From positions 236,468,001 to 236,532,000 of the forward strand of contig OZ024740.1 in NCBI GenBank assembly GCA_964016885.1: DNA of 64,000 bases, written 5' to 3'. This stretch comes from Eledone cirrhosa (lineage: Eukaryota). The translations under genes and the position numbers were made by a program. Of this stretch, positions 12,110 to 27,558 are shown piece after piece; positions within the stretch are counted from its first letter, which is position 1, and each line of letters begins with the position of its first letter. Under the pieces are notes generated by a model. The model saw nothing but the letters and a program-made list of their open reading frames with translations, did no database searches and was not told where the DNA came from.

Positions 12110-13000
12110 AATAACAGTGGCAGTGGGGTAACATTGTAGCAGTGGTGGGTTAACATGTCAGTGTTGGTGGGGTAACATTGTAATAGTGGTGGGTTAATAT
12201 GTCAGTGTTGGTGAAGTAACATTGTAATAGAGGTGGTAGGGTAACATTGTAGCAGTGGTGGGTTAATATGTCAGTGTTGGTGGGGTAACATTGTAATAGT
12301 GGTGGGTTAATATGTCAGTGTTGGTGGGGTAACATTGTAGCAGTGGTGGGTTAATATGTCAGTGTTGGTGGGGTAACATTGTAATAGTGGTGGGTTAATA
12401 TGTCAGTGTCGGTGGGGTAACATTGTAGTAATGGGGTGCTAATGTATCAGTGGTGGTGGGGTAACATATTAGTGGCAGTGGCACAATATGTTAATTGTGA
12501 TCAGTTAACATGTTTGTAGTTATGGGTCAACATCTGGTAGCATAACATGTAAGTGATGGTGATGGTTTGATATCATAGTACTGTTGGGTTAACATGATAG
12601 TGAAGGTGATAGTTTCATATGATAGTAATGATGGATTAACATGTAAGTGATGGTGATGGTTTGATATCATAGTACTGTTGGGTTAACATGATAGTGAAGG
12701 TGATAGTTTCATATCATAGAAATGATGGGTTAATATGACAGTGATGGTGATGGTTTCATATCATAGTACTGTTGGGTTAACATGTAAGTGATGGTGATGG
12801 TTTGATATCATAGTAATGATGGGTTAACATGACAGTGATGGTGATGGTTTCATATGATAGTAATGATGGGTTAACATGACAGTGATGGTGATGGTTTCAT
12901 ATCATAGTAATGATGGGTTAACCTGACAGTGATGGTGATAGTTTCATATCATAGTAATGATGGGTTAACATGTAAGTGGTGGTGATTAACATCACAGTAG
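12110..13000. repeat. Compound minisatellite (about 20/42-44-bp units)
   Basis: GTAACATTGTA[AG][CT]AGTGGTGGGTTAATATGTCAGTGTTGGTGGG units grade into GGGTTAACATGACAGTGATGGTGATGGTTTCATATCATAGTAATGAT units, decaying to about 13560. Confidence 0.85.
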
Positions 13001-16000
13001 TGGTGTGGGTTAATAAATCAGTGGTGTGCTAGTATAACATGTCAATAGGTTTGGGTTACATGATAATAGTTGTGGGATTACATGGCAGTAGGATAACATG
13101 CAGTGGTAATTAATAAACATACCAGTAATAGGGGATAAATACATCAATTTTATAGGGTAATATGTTGAGGGTAGTTGTGGTTGTAGTGGTGGTGTGATAA
13201 TTTGCCGTTGATGGTGGATCAACATGGAGGTGCTTAAGAGGGAAACATGTCAGAGGTAATGGGTTAATCTATCAGTGGATATTGGGTAACATGGTGATGA
13301 ATGTGATTTAACATGTCAGTGGTTGTAGGGCCAAATATTAGGTGAAGTGGGGCAACATGACATTAGAAATGGGGTAAACTATGTGTACATATGGGGTAAC
13401 ATGTTAGTGCTAATGGGTTAAAATCGCAGTAGATGTGGATTACTATGTGAGTAGTTGTTTGGTATCATAACTGTAAGGAAGTTGAAGTTAGCATGTTAAT
13501 GGTGACATCAGTGTTAGCGGGGGTAACATGTTAATGATGAAGTATTAACAAGGCTGTAGTAGTGGGGGTAGCCTCTAAATACAACAGGGCAACCACTTCA
13601 AACCTTATAAAGAGTACTTTTATGAATGTTTTTGTTTGTTTGCTGAAATCAAAAGTAGAATATATATTTCAAATTTTGAAAAACAAACCTGAAAACACCA
13701 ACTAAAATCATGGAATATAATTCCATCTTTTATTTCTATTTTAATTCTTCTCAATAATTCTAATTAATGGTAAAATTATTTTCAAAAATATACAATTCTT
13801 TTTTGATTAAATAGAATATCTGTTTTGAAATTTCTTCTTTGAAATGTTGCTTAATTTTTTTTTATTTTTACTTTATTCATTGTCACATAGTCTTTTGAAT
13901 TAGAATATTTAAATAGTAAAAAGAAAGAAGAAATATAGTTCCTTTTGAAGTTCTGTGAAATGAAGGGGAAGCTAGCTGTGTTGCTTTAAAGTCAAACTTA
14001 TTATGGTCTCAGGTACCAACTGTTGGATATATAAATAGGATATATATGGGCTTGAGAGGAGGTATTCCTTTTTTGTATCTCACAGGGTAACTAATAGGAA
14101 AAAAAGATAATAATGATGATATGGACAAAATTTGAAGACAATAACAAAGATGATAATGATGATTATGAAGTTCATAAAGTTGTTGGTGATGTTCATAATG
14201 ATGATGGTGATGATGATGATGACGATGACGATGATGAAGATCATGATTGTGATGATGATGATGATGATGATGATAATGTGATCAAAATGGCCATTTTTTT
14301 TAATAAACAAATATCTTGTTTCTTGATAAAGATGTTTCATCTCTACATTATAATTCCTCCTTGTTCCACCATAATATAAATATTGTTTTCTCCATCTCAC
14401 TCCTGTCTTTTCCCCTGGTGTCATTTTCTCCTATTTCTCTACCTCCCACCCTACTTACCCAGATATCATCTGTATCCTACCCCATAACTTTCCACAGATC
14501 TTATTCAATGTAAACCTCCCAACTCTACCCCTTTCTTCTCTCATCTCCATGCCAAAAAAATATCCCTAAAGCCAATGAAGATTTTTGGAGGCTACTAAAG
14601 CACAAACAACACCACCACCACCACCACCAAAACAACAACAAGAAAAAGAGCAATAACAACAACAGTAGCAATAATACCACCAACAACAAGGAAATGTCAA
14701 AGAACAACATACAGTCTATCTAACCTGAACAATATAAAAATGAATATTTAATAAATTGTGTGAGGAAAAACAATGTTTTTCCCAAGAAAATATATTTTTC
14801 TTGGAGGAAAACCAGAAAGCACTAAAACACCTCACACATTTACTGTAAATACAGGGATATATGGTCCAAAGTTAGGTGCCTTGTTTGGGTTTTCTGAAAA
14901 GGAGATTAAAAAAAACAAACAGTTTGACGTATTCCTTGACAATAAAAAAACAAGAAATATTGAGTGTGAAAGGAATTGTATGAAAATACTATCCCATGAT
15001 ATCAAAATGGTATCCAACTCTTTTTTTTTTTGCTGGAGATGCTACAAACAAGATAAAATACGAAATGACTTAGCAATACTTATTTTATACTATAATTATT
15101 AGCTGGCTGTGACTGTATTGTAGATCGAGATATAACTTCTTGGCCTGTCAAGGTGAAACAACAATCCTATTTCAATTCCTTGTTAAAGCCAATTACCTTC
15201 ACTTAACACTGTTAATACACTGAGGTATGCTTAAGTGCCACCACACACCTATGTCTCCTAAAAACCCAAGGCCTTTAAGACTAGAGAAAAGGAAATACAT
15301 GTTTTTATTTGCCATAGAAATGTGGTTGTTATGGAACCAAATGGAATGAAGATAAGCAATGCCAAAATATACTTAATTATGATAAAACGTATTACATTGA
15401 GATAAATAACAGTGAAAACTCTGTGAACAAACAATATTATTGATACCACACAAAGAAACCCCTATCATGAGCTGAACATTCAAAAAGGAGCATATTTCAT
15501 GATTGTTGATGTAAAAAAATGTTTTGTGATAAAAGTTAAGGTTTGACCTCATATTTATTTCTTGGTTTTGATCCAACCAAAATTAGGTTATATTTCAGTT
15601 CAAAAATAATGAACATAAATTCTGAAAATTATCCAAATTTTATCAAAATATAGTTTATTTGCCTTGATCTTAAAATAGTAAGTTATAAATTTGCTATTAA
15701 AATTTCAGATAAAAGGTTGTTTATCCAAGTGTTATAATGATTTACTTACTTTTGTTATCTGATAATATTTAACTACAGAACCGATGGAAGACAATTGATT
15801 AAAAACTGGTCAAACTTTTTACTTCTTTTGGTAACTAGTTTAGTAATTGTCAAACCAAAAACTGCAAAATCATATAGTTCTTTTAGGTCTTTATTTTCTT
15901 TTAGCCATTATAGTATATCTAAGGCCATACTGAAGCATTACCTGCATATATTGAAAAGATTTTAATTTTGCTAGTTAAGAAGTTATAAATCCTATAGTGT

Positions 16001-17546
16001 CACCACTGAAATGGTTGACATTTTACCTCCTACTCTCTTTGGAGAATTACAATGTTTGAATGAGTTTGTTTCATATAAAGATTCTGCCTAAGTTCTTAGT
16101 TGTGTTATAGACAAAATTGCGAGGTGGGCGCTGGTGATTGTTGTGAGACAAAACACCACTGTTGTGAGATAAAGAAGTAGGTTTGTTCCAAGGGCTGCAG
16201 ATGGTTATTGTAAGCCATTATTATGTCTTTAAATCTATTGTTTCTCTAAACTGTTGTTGTTCCCGTTGTTGTTTTATGGAGAAAATTATGTTTTTCTTTA
16301 TTTCTCCTTTCGTATTTATATCTACTATTGTTGGGTTTGTTGTTATTATTATTATTATTTACAATTATTATTATTATTACTATTATTATTATTATTGTTA
16401 TTATTAAAACAAACTAATATTATAAATAATTGTTATCATTATTGCCATTAAAATCCTGTTTGCTTTTACTACTAATAACTAGTTCTAACACTACTACTAA
16501 AACAACAACAACCATTTCTATATGACCACCACTATCACCATCACTACTATTACTACTACTACAAACCAAAAAAGAAAAAAAAGTGAAAACTTTCCCGAAG
16601 AGCCCTTAAAAAATGTGGAGAGAAAGAGAGAGCAATGTTTCTTTGTCCAGTAGTGGTCCCCTGAAATAGATGAAAAAGACAGGTTGGAGGGAGAAAAAGT
16701 GAAATATGTCAGTTTGGGAAATGTGTTGTAAAGAAATCTTGTTTTTTTTTTTTTCAACCTTTTAATATTTCTAATAACACAAAAAAAAACGTAGCTTTGT
16801 TTGTCACGGTAGTTTGGTAATATATGTAGGATACAGTCAACAGAGTTATGTCCAACTGGTGTTTCTTGTATATTGGTACAGTAACTTTACTAATTTTTTA
16901 TTTCTATTGTGGGTACACACATATATATATATATACCTTTCTGTATCTATCGTAATTTTGTTGCATGTATAGGTGGTGCCTTCGAACGGTTTTCTTGGTG
17001 TCACACTTTATAACTACGGTGTTAACTCTGGACTTAATGTTTGTTTTTAACTTTCAATCCATTGAGTGCTTGTGATTGCCTCAAACAAATCGAATAGTAC
17101 TTGCTGTACTGCAGCTAAAATTCGATTTACAAATATATATATATATATGTGTGTGTGTGAGTGTGTGTGTTTGTGTGTATAAAACTGGGTGGGTGTATGT
17201 ATGTATGCATTTATGCATACATAAACCCATGCAATCAAATACAGTTATATATGTCCTTAAAGATATGATACTGATCAGGTGTACACACAACTATGAATGA
17301 AACCTACATGAGGTACACATATGAAATGCATACATGAATATATATATTTCTCTGAAACAAATCTATAAATAACTGCACACACATATACTAATGCACATAA
17401 AGATGCAGATGTGCAAAGACACAAATGCACACAAACATATTCGTACACACAGATACAGATGTGCACATACATACAATTTCCAGATGCACCCACTGATAAA
17501 CATGGATGAACACACTGACACATGTGAAACACATATGCACAAGCCC

Positions 17547-18870
17547 AGATGTGCACATACACATACAGTTACACAGATACAGATGCAAATAGACACATAC
17601 ACATATAGTTACACAGATACAGATGCAAATAGACACATACACATACAGTTACACAGATACAGATGCAAATAGACACATACACATACAGTTACACAGATAC
17701 AGATGCAAATAGACACATACACATACAGTTACACAGATACAGATGCAAATAGACACATACACATACAGTTACACAGATACAGATGCAAATAGACACATAC
17801 ACATACAGTTACACAGATACAGATGCAAATAGGCACATACACATACAGTTACACAGATACAGAGGCAAATAGACACATACACATACAGTTACACAGATAA
17901 AGATGCAAATAGACACATACACATACAGTTACACAGATACAGAGGCAAATAGGCACATACACATACAGTTACACAGATACAGAGGCAAATAGACACATAC
18001 ACATACAGTTACACAGATACAGAGGCAAATAGACACATACACATACAGTTACACAGATACAGATGCAAATAGACACATACACATACAGTTAAACAGATGC
18101 ACATGCAAATAGACACATACACATACAGTTACACAGATACAGAGGCAAATAGGCACATACACATACAGTTACACAGATACAGATGCAAATAGACACATAC
18201 ACATACAGTTACACAGATACAGAGGCAAATAGGCACATACACATACAGTTACACAGATACAGATGCAAATAGACACATACACATACAGTTAAACATATGC
18301 AAATAGACACATACAGATACAATTACACATATACAGATGCAAATAGACACATACACATACAGTTACACAGATACAGAGGCAAATAGACACATACACATAC
18401 AGTTACACAGATACAGATGCAAATAGACACATACACATACAGTTAAACAGATGCACATGCAAATAGACACATACACATACAGTTACACAGATACAGAGGC
18501 AAATAGGCACATACACATACAGTTACACAGATACAGATGCAAATAGACACATACACATACAGTTAAACATATGCAAATAGACACATACAGATACAATTAC
18601 ACATATACAGATGCAAATAGACACATACACATACAGTTACACAGATACAGATGCAAATAGGCACATACACATACAGTTACACATATACAGATGCAAATAG
18701 ACACATACACATACAGTTAAACAGATGCAAATAGACACATACAGATACAATTACACAGATACTGATGCAAATAGACACATACACATACAGTTACACAGAT
18801 GCAAATAGACATATACAGATACAATTACACATATACAGATGCAAATAGACATATACAGACACAGGCATAT
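17547..18870. repeat. 40-bp minisatellite
   Basis: Tandem ACATACAGTTACACAGATACAGATGCAAATAGACACATAC, about 30 copies with variant units. Confidence 0.95.
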
Positions 18871-20323
18871 ATACAGATATAGATGTTCATTCAAAATGAC
18901 ACATACAAACACGCATAGAGGTACACAAAACTATACACATACATCCAACAGAATCAAGAACTTGAGGGATGACCAAATTTTACTAGACTAGAATCCACTA
19001 ACAAATGTCAGTAGAAATGGCTGAACATAGTATTTCATTTCCTTCTGACCATTGATGGTTCAGTTTAAAAGCTGAGAAGGGAACCAAACAGACATTGTTA
19101 ACATTGAAAATTATACCTAAAATATAGGGCTAATGTTAGAGATATTAGAAGGTATATTTAAGCTGACAGTGAGCTTTACTGGATACTATTTATATGTAGA
19201 GCCTCAAAAATATACACATTATATATATACACATAGTTACTTTCATATACGGAATATACAGGTTGCTAAAGATCTTTAACATGTATGGGCTAGGGTATAT
19301 AAATGTTCAGTTATTAGAGTTTTAAAACTTTCCCACTTTATTATCATTGTAGTTTTGGGTGATATTTCACCATTGAACCCTCTATCAAAGACCTAAGGGT
19401 TTTAACCAAACACTGAGTGGATGCTGTAACAGTAGCTACAGCATTAACAACTAATTACTTTACTAACATGAGTGACTGCAGTATTATTAACGAAACACTT
19501 CCAGATATTCCATTACACACCTTAAATAAATTTAAGAACAACTTTAATTTATAGAATATGTAAATGTCTTTGATGAGTTGTTACTAATAATATGATAAAT
19601 TTCCAGATTATTAACTTCATTTTTAGAGTGCATTTTTATAATATAATATCTATACTATGTTTTGATCAGTTTCTGGATAAATATGATGTACAAATTCAGG
19701 AACAAGACACCTTTATCTGAGACCAGAGATCAAACTAACATAAATACGCATTCTAAATATTCCCCCAAAAATTATATTTAATGATCTTAATTTAATCTCT
19801 TTCATTTTTTAATACTATTTTGAAATGCTTTTTAAATTATTCTTATCTGTATTTTAACAGTTAAGTGAAAATTTAACTTGTAAAATACAAGATATTTCTT
19901 TTTACAAATGACTTTTTTTGCAAATCTCTTTCCCCTATATTCCATGTACTGTTAAATTTAGACAATCTTATTAATTTAGACTTGTTAATTTTCTCAATAT
20001 TCGCAAGTCTTAACTATCCAATATATAACAATCTGGATATAGAATCAAGAATGTGGTGAGGGGAACATTGAAACAGTCTATGTAATAATAGGTGCCTTGT
20101 GAATGATTTAAAAAGTTGCAAACAAAGATATAACGAAAATACCAAGTCTTACAGATTTACACAGAAAATTGCACTACTAGGCATTGCACAATTGCACATA
20201 TAATAGAGTACTTTCAATGCAATAGTGTATATATATATATATGTATGTATACTATATATATTAGTGAAAGTAAAGGATCTACTGATAGCTTGGTAGTTTT
20301 GGCTAGTTACCTATATATATATA

Positions 20324-20700
20324 TATTATAAAATAACAGGAGGCTGGACTGGTGTAAATCCTTGAAAGGTTTATTATACTATGATCGTTTCAATGACCAG
20401 GTTCAGTGTGAATCCGGTGACATCATCAGGTACAATGTACAATGTACCTGATGATGTCACCGGATTCACACTGAACCTGGTTATTGAAACGATCATAGTA
20501 TAATAAACCTTTCAAGGATTTACACCAGTCCAGCCTCCTGTTATTATATAATAATTAACTCCGTACTTGCACCACCAACTACACAAACGAAGATGGGTGA
20601 GTTGCATTACGTTGAGTGCTCTCCATAGTATTACATCGAGGTTGACCATACGGAATCACCAGTTCTATCCAGTGGTGAACCAACAAACCTAAATAAATAT
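20324..20700. mobile_element. Hairpin insertion (about 110-bp arms) with a hammerhead in each arm plus a 3' extension; Penelope-like inverted pLTR remnant
   Basis: 20324-20434 is the reverse complement of 20443-20553 with about 2 mismatches. Flanked by (TA)n, with a unique tail to about 20700. Confidence 0.8.
20443..20502 (+). ncRNA. Type I hammerhead (probably impaired, G16.2>A); mirror copy at 20375-20434 (-)
   Basis: UGUAC-CUGAUGA-stem II(ACCGG.UUCA/UGAA.CUGGU)-GAAACGAUCAUA-GUAUA. The stem III palindrome would be ACGAUCGU with one change. Confidence 0.6.
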
Positions 20701-20857
20701 ATATATATAAATATATATCCAGATTCGGGCTAGATCGATGCAGACTGAACCTTGAGTTGCTCGATAGGGAAACGCGCATCACTACTCAATAAACGTAGAG
20801 AAGACACAAGAAATTGTCCTTTTTATTATTATTATATATATACATATACATATATAT

Positions 20858-20915
<58 letters not shown>

Positions 20916-21909
20916 ATATATAAATATAGTTATACTTGGGGAGGGTCATCAGTGTATGCGTTGTATGTATTATATATATATATATAAATATATATATATA
21001 CATATACATATATATATATATAAATATAGTTATACTTGGGGAGGGTCATCAGTGTATGCGTTGTATGTATTATATATATATATATATAAATATATATATA
21101 TATAATACATACAACACATACACTGATACACTCACTAATAGACTTAATGAATCACACACATGCTGAAAGTATATGATGTGTATTCATACAAGTTATTTAT
21201 GTTACTACAGACTGTATACATTGATGAAGGTCAGTATTGGCTTTATTCACTTCACAACTATTAAGGTTATAAAACAATACCATAGCGGTGGGGGTGACTC
21301 TGTATTGAAGTCTATCCTGTTATAGAAGGGCATATGTTCTGGGGAGCAACACTATATATCCAACAATTCATATCCCCATTAATATTTCATGTGGGGGCTA
21401 TCTCTGCAAAAGATCTTATTTACACCACCCTGGAATTGCATCTACATTTTAACAACATACTGTATTCCACCCCATATATAAAATCCGCAAAACAAGACAA
21501 TGGGATAGAAGTAAGAAGGACAAATACATTTAATTTGAATAAAATGGTTCCCCTCTCCCCAGAATGTTCTTCGCACATGTTTATTTTGCTTAATGGTTAA
21601 TGCAGCCCTGTACCTAACACTGTATGTGATACTCTGTACTATATCTACTTCTATATGCAATCTTCTATATTGTATCTACCTCTGTATGAGATACACTGTA
21701 ATGTACATATCTCTATACATGACACACTACAAAGGGTAGCTTTGTGTCTACCTCTGTGGGTATCAGACTGCACTCAGATTACCTCTATATGTGACATTTT
21801 CTACTTGACTGGAGCTCCCTATATGGGTATCTACCAAACTTGTAGCCACTAGCTTAATATCCACCCTATCTTGAACAATGTTTCTGTAACTGGCCATGTT
21901 GTTTTTGTG

Positions 21910-21941
<32 letters not shown>

Positions 21942-23308
21942 GCATGTATATATCAATATATATGTATATATATATATATATGTATATATAATGATATAAA
22001 ACATGATGATAGTGATATATATATATAATCATATAGTTGTGTGTGTATTTGTTAGAAGAATATAGGCTGTCAGTCCCAACTTTAGGATATTATAGATGCT
22101 GATATTCCAATCATGTAAGCATAATAAAATGGATGAAAAAAGTAGTAAAATTGAAACAGAGAAATATAATATTGTTGTTGTGTGAAGAAGAAAGAACTGC
22201 TCAAGTTCTTTTGTATTACAAAGATCACTTTACATCTGTCATGTATAAAATATTAGTAGGTGAACAATACCAGAAGAAAATATCAGTTCAACTTTATATA
22301 TTCACTGAAGTAGCTTGTGGATGCTAGAAACAGCAGTTACTTCCAGAACGCAAATCGGTTCATGTTTAGGTATTCATATCAACATACCCCAAGGGTTTAA
22401 TTAGACGACAGCTTCATAAAATTGGGTGCAGAGGACTTTATGTTTTTAAGAATGCATGTGTGTATCGGTCTGTATAATACAAGCATACATATTAATCCTA
22501 TGTGTAAGTGTAACACACAGTAATCCAATTGGTGGACAAAAGTCTTAAATTGGTCAAATTGTCTTCATAAAAAAAAATCTATATACAGTAAAATTAGTTA
22601 ATAATCTTTTTTTTTTAAACATTGATTGTAGTATGTAACCATGAAATGAAATCTATTAATATTATATTAAACATTAAAACATTCCAGAAACTATACTGGG
22701 CCACACATGAGAAAAAAAAAACCAGGTGAAACAGAAATTCCCAGATTCACATATCCTTGAAGTAAAATTCTTCAAAAAAGCAAAAAAAATCTAAAATGTG
22801 ATATCCACAAGAATAACTACTTGTGGTCATTATAACTATTTTTAAAAACGAGAACAATGCAAAATAAATAAAAATATATCTAAAAAAAAATAAAATAAAA
22901 TAAAATAAAATAAAATAACCAAGCAATGCAAATTCTATATTCTGTGAAAGTCTAATAACTGATACAGTGTTGTGGTTGCTGTTGTTGTTGTTGCTGTTGT
23001 TGTTGTTATGCTGGCGTAAGATATTTTTCATGAAACTGAATTCCTATAGCAATATCTCTCATTAATCCAATGATATTAATTGTTCCAAGAAGAACAACAC
23101 CAAATTCCATTCAATAATAATAATATAATCATACAGACAGATTACCCTGTAGCACATAACAAACCAGAACATCGTTTTCCATGATGATAGTGTACTAATA
23201 ATGATCAAATAGCAATTGCAACTGACTATAATGCTGTGGAAATTTCTGTTGAAAAGTTAAGGAATTAAATTAAATTAGTTATTGAATTAAAGAAAATATG
23301 GCAATTAA

Positions 23309-23528
23309 CCCTTTAGCATTTACATTACTCGATATATACTATTGTATTTTCCCAGTAAAGGCTTTATCTCACATAGTATCTCACATAATATCGAATCTAT
23401 GAGATTTTCATATTATTTATTTTGAGAACATTACATTAACATCTGTATGAGTGGCCAGTTAAAGCCAGTTTGAACAGAAAGGAGTGAGAGAATTCTGGCC
23501 AGATACGGCCAGTTTAAATGCTAAAGGG
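23309..23528 (+). mobile_element. Complete 220-bp piggyBac-type MITE
   Basis: TTAA target duplication on both sides and perfect TIRs CCCTTTAGCATTTA / TAAATGCTAAAGGG. Confidence 0.9.
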
Positions 23529-23773
23529 TTAAAGAATGTGTCAATCATTTCATTTGTGATTGAATTGGTACAGATATTTCTGTAAAGAGATTGCCACATT
23601 ATCTATCAGACTAGACATAAGTACATTCCATAAAACAGCAATACTAGCATCATTAAATATTCATCGGGCCTTCTTATACACCATTTGTTCATCTTGCACA
23701 TTTTCTACATTTTCTTCCAATATATACCTAAATTTTGTGTTTTAAGAAACAAAATTTTGATATACTCAATGGA

Positions 23774-23823
<50 letters not shown>

Positions 23824-23950
23824 AAATGTGTGAAATCCTTGGTACAGTTAGGTATATTTGAAAAAAGGAAAAGAATGACTTCACTTGTAGTTCTAAACAA
23901 TTTGATTTAATTTTATAATATTATAGTCAAGTCATTCTTTCCTTTTTTCC

Positions 23951-23987
<37 letters not shown>

Positions 23988-24135
23988 GTGCGTATGTGTG
24001 TGTGTGTATACATACATATATATATGGTGGACCTATATATGTATATATATATTCTAAGTGGAAAATTGGCAATGTCTTTGAAGTTTCAGTTGAAACTTTC
24101 AAGGGACTACTTTTAAACAAATACTTCACACACAC

Positions 24136-24187
<52 letters not shown>

Positions 24188-24191
<4 letters not shown>

Positions 24192-24506
24192 CTAGAAATT
24201 GATTAACATATAAATAAACATGAATAATCACAGGAGATAATCATATTATAAGGTATCTATTTTTGAAGTTCTGGTCAACTTTATTTAGTTACCTACCTAG
24301 CTATGTGTGGTTACACACTTGTAAAAATTATCTCCTGTGATTATTCATGTTTATTTATATGTTAATCAATTTCTAGTTATTATAAAATGCTCGGACCTAC
24401 TCGTTAGAATCTTAGAGCTTATTTTGCGGGTGATATGGTGCATGTCTTTCTGGCATGACACCCATAATTTTGATTTAGATTAAATTCATTTGATTTATCT
24501 TAATTT

Positions 24507-24510
<4 letters not shown>
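24188..24510. repeat. Inverted-repeat insertion in (TA)n (about 54-bp arms plus tail)
   Basis: 24188-24241 is the reverse complement of about 24327-24380, with a unique extension to about 24510. Same geometry as the hammerhead hairpins. Confidence 0.7.
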
Positions 24511-24573
<63 letters not shown>

Positions 24574-24896
24574 ATGTATGTATATGTATTATATATACAT
24601 ATATATATGTATGTGAGTGTGTGTGGTAAAGGTAAGATGGCCAAATGGATAAAGTATTGTATTAACTGTTCATAAGTAGCAAGTTCATAATCCACTACAG
24701 GTATATCATTGGTACCAGACCATCTGAAAATGTTACCTGTGTTAGATTGATAGCCACCAACGCACCCAATACACCTCATGAAACCTTAACAAACACAGAG
24801 CCACAAGAAGTCTTTAGATTTTAGAGAAATTTTATATATGGATGTAACATACATTGTAATTCATGAATTTATATGTGTGTGTATACATACCTATGA

Positions 24897-24941
<45 letters not shown>

Positions 24942-25102
24942 CAATTATACACTGTGTGTTACATGTATATATACAGAAAAAATATACAGATATGAGTATA
25001 CACACAAAGGCATAAACATACATGCATACATAAAACCAGTATGTATGATGCTTGTACATGAATGCATATGTATGATGAGTGCATATATATATATATATAT
25101 AA

Positions 25103-25139
<37 letters not shown>

Positions 25140-25565
25140 CATTCCAAGATAGAATGTTTTCAAAACGTTGAGCTATATGAAATATCAGGGAGTTAGGTAT
25201 ATTTTGCTAAATCTCAATTTAGTTGAAAATATAAGTTTGTGTTTAAAAAAACTTGTTCAGAAACATAATAACATGTAACAACTCCAAAAATGGAGATTTA
25301 ATGAAGATAGAGAAATATTTAAATCCACAAGAAAACTAAGATTACATTTTCAATATTATGCTGTGCCCAGATGTATAACAGATATAAAATTCTGTGAAAA
25401 TATTTTGACTTTAAGTCTTTGGTAATTATGACATATCATACTGCTTTATGATAATCACAATTTCATTGAGTGTCATATAGATTTCATAAACAAACTTTGT
25501 GAATTTGAGGCTGTATGAATGTAGGTATGTATACATGCATTCATGTATGCATGTATATATCCATG

Positions 25566-25820
25566 CATGTATGTATGCAAGTATATATGTATGCATGTAT
25601 GCAAGTATATATGTATGCATGTATGCAAGTATATATGTATGCATGTATGCAAGTATATATGTATGCATGTATGCAAATATATATGTATGCATGTATGCAA
25701 GTATATATGTATGCATGTATGCAAGTATATATGTATGCATGTATGCAAGTATATATGCATGCATGTATGCAAGTATATATGTATGCATGTATGCAAGTAT
25801 ATATGCATGCATGTATGCAT
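25566..25820. repeat. 24-bp minisatellite
   Basis: Tandem ATGTATGCAAGTATATATGTATGC, about 10 copies. Confidence 0.9.
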
Positions 25821-26034
25821 TTATGTCTATAAGTATGTAGTCTGTGAATGTATTAATTGTACACATGTATGATACATATAAGTGTATACGTTTATAAGCA
25901 CAAAAACCTACATGTGTGTGAACACATATATGTGTGTATGTGTGTGTGTGTGCCTATGTACACACAAATTTTTACATAAACATATGTGTATATATAATGA
26001 AATTATTGTGTAAAGTGCTCAGGTGCACTACAAC

Positions 26035-26067
<33 letters not shown>

Positions 26068-26077
26068 CATGTATATG

Positions 26078-26489
26078 TAGGAGGTGAGTTTTATTGTAGT
26101 ACAATAAAGCAATGCAGATATCGGATAAGAAGCACTCTACAGTTTGTGGGACTGGAGTATGCATAATATAAGATCAAAAGATGGTTAAAGGAGTTCCATA
26201 TATTTTATTATGCGCATTTCAAAAACAAACATCATCAAACAATAATATTTGTGTTTTCATCAGATAAAACAGGAGAACATGATATGAAGGCTAAAAAACA
26301 CTTGTTGATAGTGCAGTTTTAAATCAACATTAAAACTGCACTATCCACAAGTGTTTTTTAGCCTTCATATCATGTTCTCCTGTTTTATCTGATGAAAACA
26401 CAAATATTATTGTTTGATGATGTTTGTTTTTGAAATGCGCATAATAAAATATATGGAACTCCTTTAACCATCTTTTGATCTTATATTAT
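26078..26489. mobile_element. Hairpin insertion (about 160-bp arms) carrying two hammerheads
   Basis: 26163-26322 is the reverse complement of 26330-26489 (1 mismatch seen). A unique tail at 26078-26162 is on one arm only; (TA)n flanks. Confidence 0.85.
26382..26450 (+). ncRNA. Type I hammerhead ribozyme; mirror copy at 26202-26270 (-)
   Basis: GUUUUAU-CUGAUGA-long stem II (ACAAAUAUUAU/AUGAUGUUUGU)-GAAA-UGCGCA-UA-AUAAAAU, with palindromic stem III AUGCGCAU and an AUA triplet. Confidence 0.85.
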
Positions 26490-26496
26490 ATACATG

Positions 26497-26531
<35 letters not shown>

Positions 26532-26726
26532 AAATAAAACCGTTATTGCTCCAAGCAGTGCACAAACACTCTTCAACATCCTAAACTGAACGCCAATCTG
26601 CACCCATGACCCCTGCTAAACTAAACTGCAACCCTCCCTCCAAATTCGGCAAACCAAATGTGGATCACCCACCTTCCCAAACTCAGCATACTGAATCAGA
26701 CTGCAATGTGTGCCTATACACACCTT

Positions 26727-26772
<46 letters not shown>

Positions 26773-26797
26773 TGTGTGTGTGTGTAAAGTATGTGTA

Positions 26798-26861
<64 letters not shown>

Positions 26862-26893
26862 TATATATATATATATATATGTATGTATGAAAG

Positions 26894-26924
<31 letters not shown>

Positions 26925-26952
26925 GTGTGTGTGCGTGTGTAAAGTATGTGTA

Positions 26953-27016
<64 letters not shown>

Positions 27017-27075
27017 TATATATATATATATATATATGTATGAAAGTCTGTATGTATATATATGTATGTATGAAA

Positions 27076-27109
<34 letters not shown>

Positions 27110-27188
27110 AAAGTTATATTTAAATTGTTTTGTTACAACTAGTAAATATTTATAACTGATATAAAAGCACTCGACAAATATTTGGAGT

Positions 27189-27484
<296 letters not shown>

Positions 27485-27519
27485 AAAGTCTGTATGTATA
27501 TATATATGTATGTATGGAA

Positions 27520-27558
<39 letters not shown>

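Noticed and set aside
14113-14379. Asp-rich ORF
   Set aside because: (GAT)n microsatellite.
17547-18870. Regular 40-bp repeats resembling a CRISPR array
   Set aside because: Contiguous tandem units without unique spacers, in a eukaryotic context with no cas genes.
21300-21900. Higher-complexity stretch with short ORFs, vaguely virus- or Polinton-like
   Set aside because: No convincing motif and frames are interrupted; unassignable by eye.
22305-22338. CUGAAGU-AGC..GCU-AGAAACAGCAGUU hammerhead-like motif
   Set aside because: A9 is substituted and there is no stem I pairing; at most a decayed remnant.
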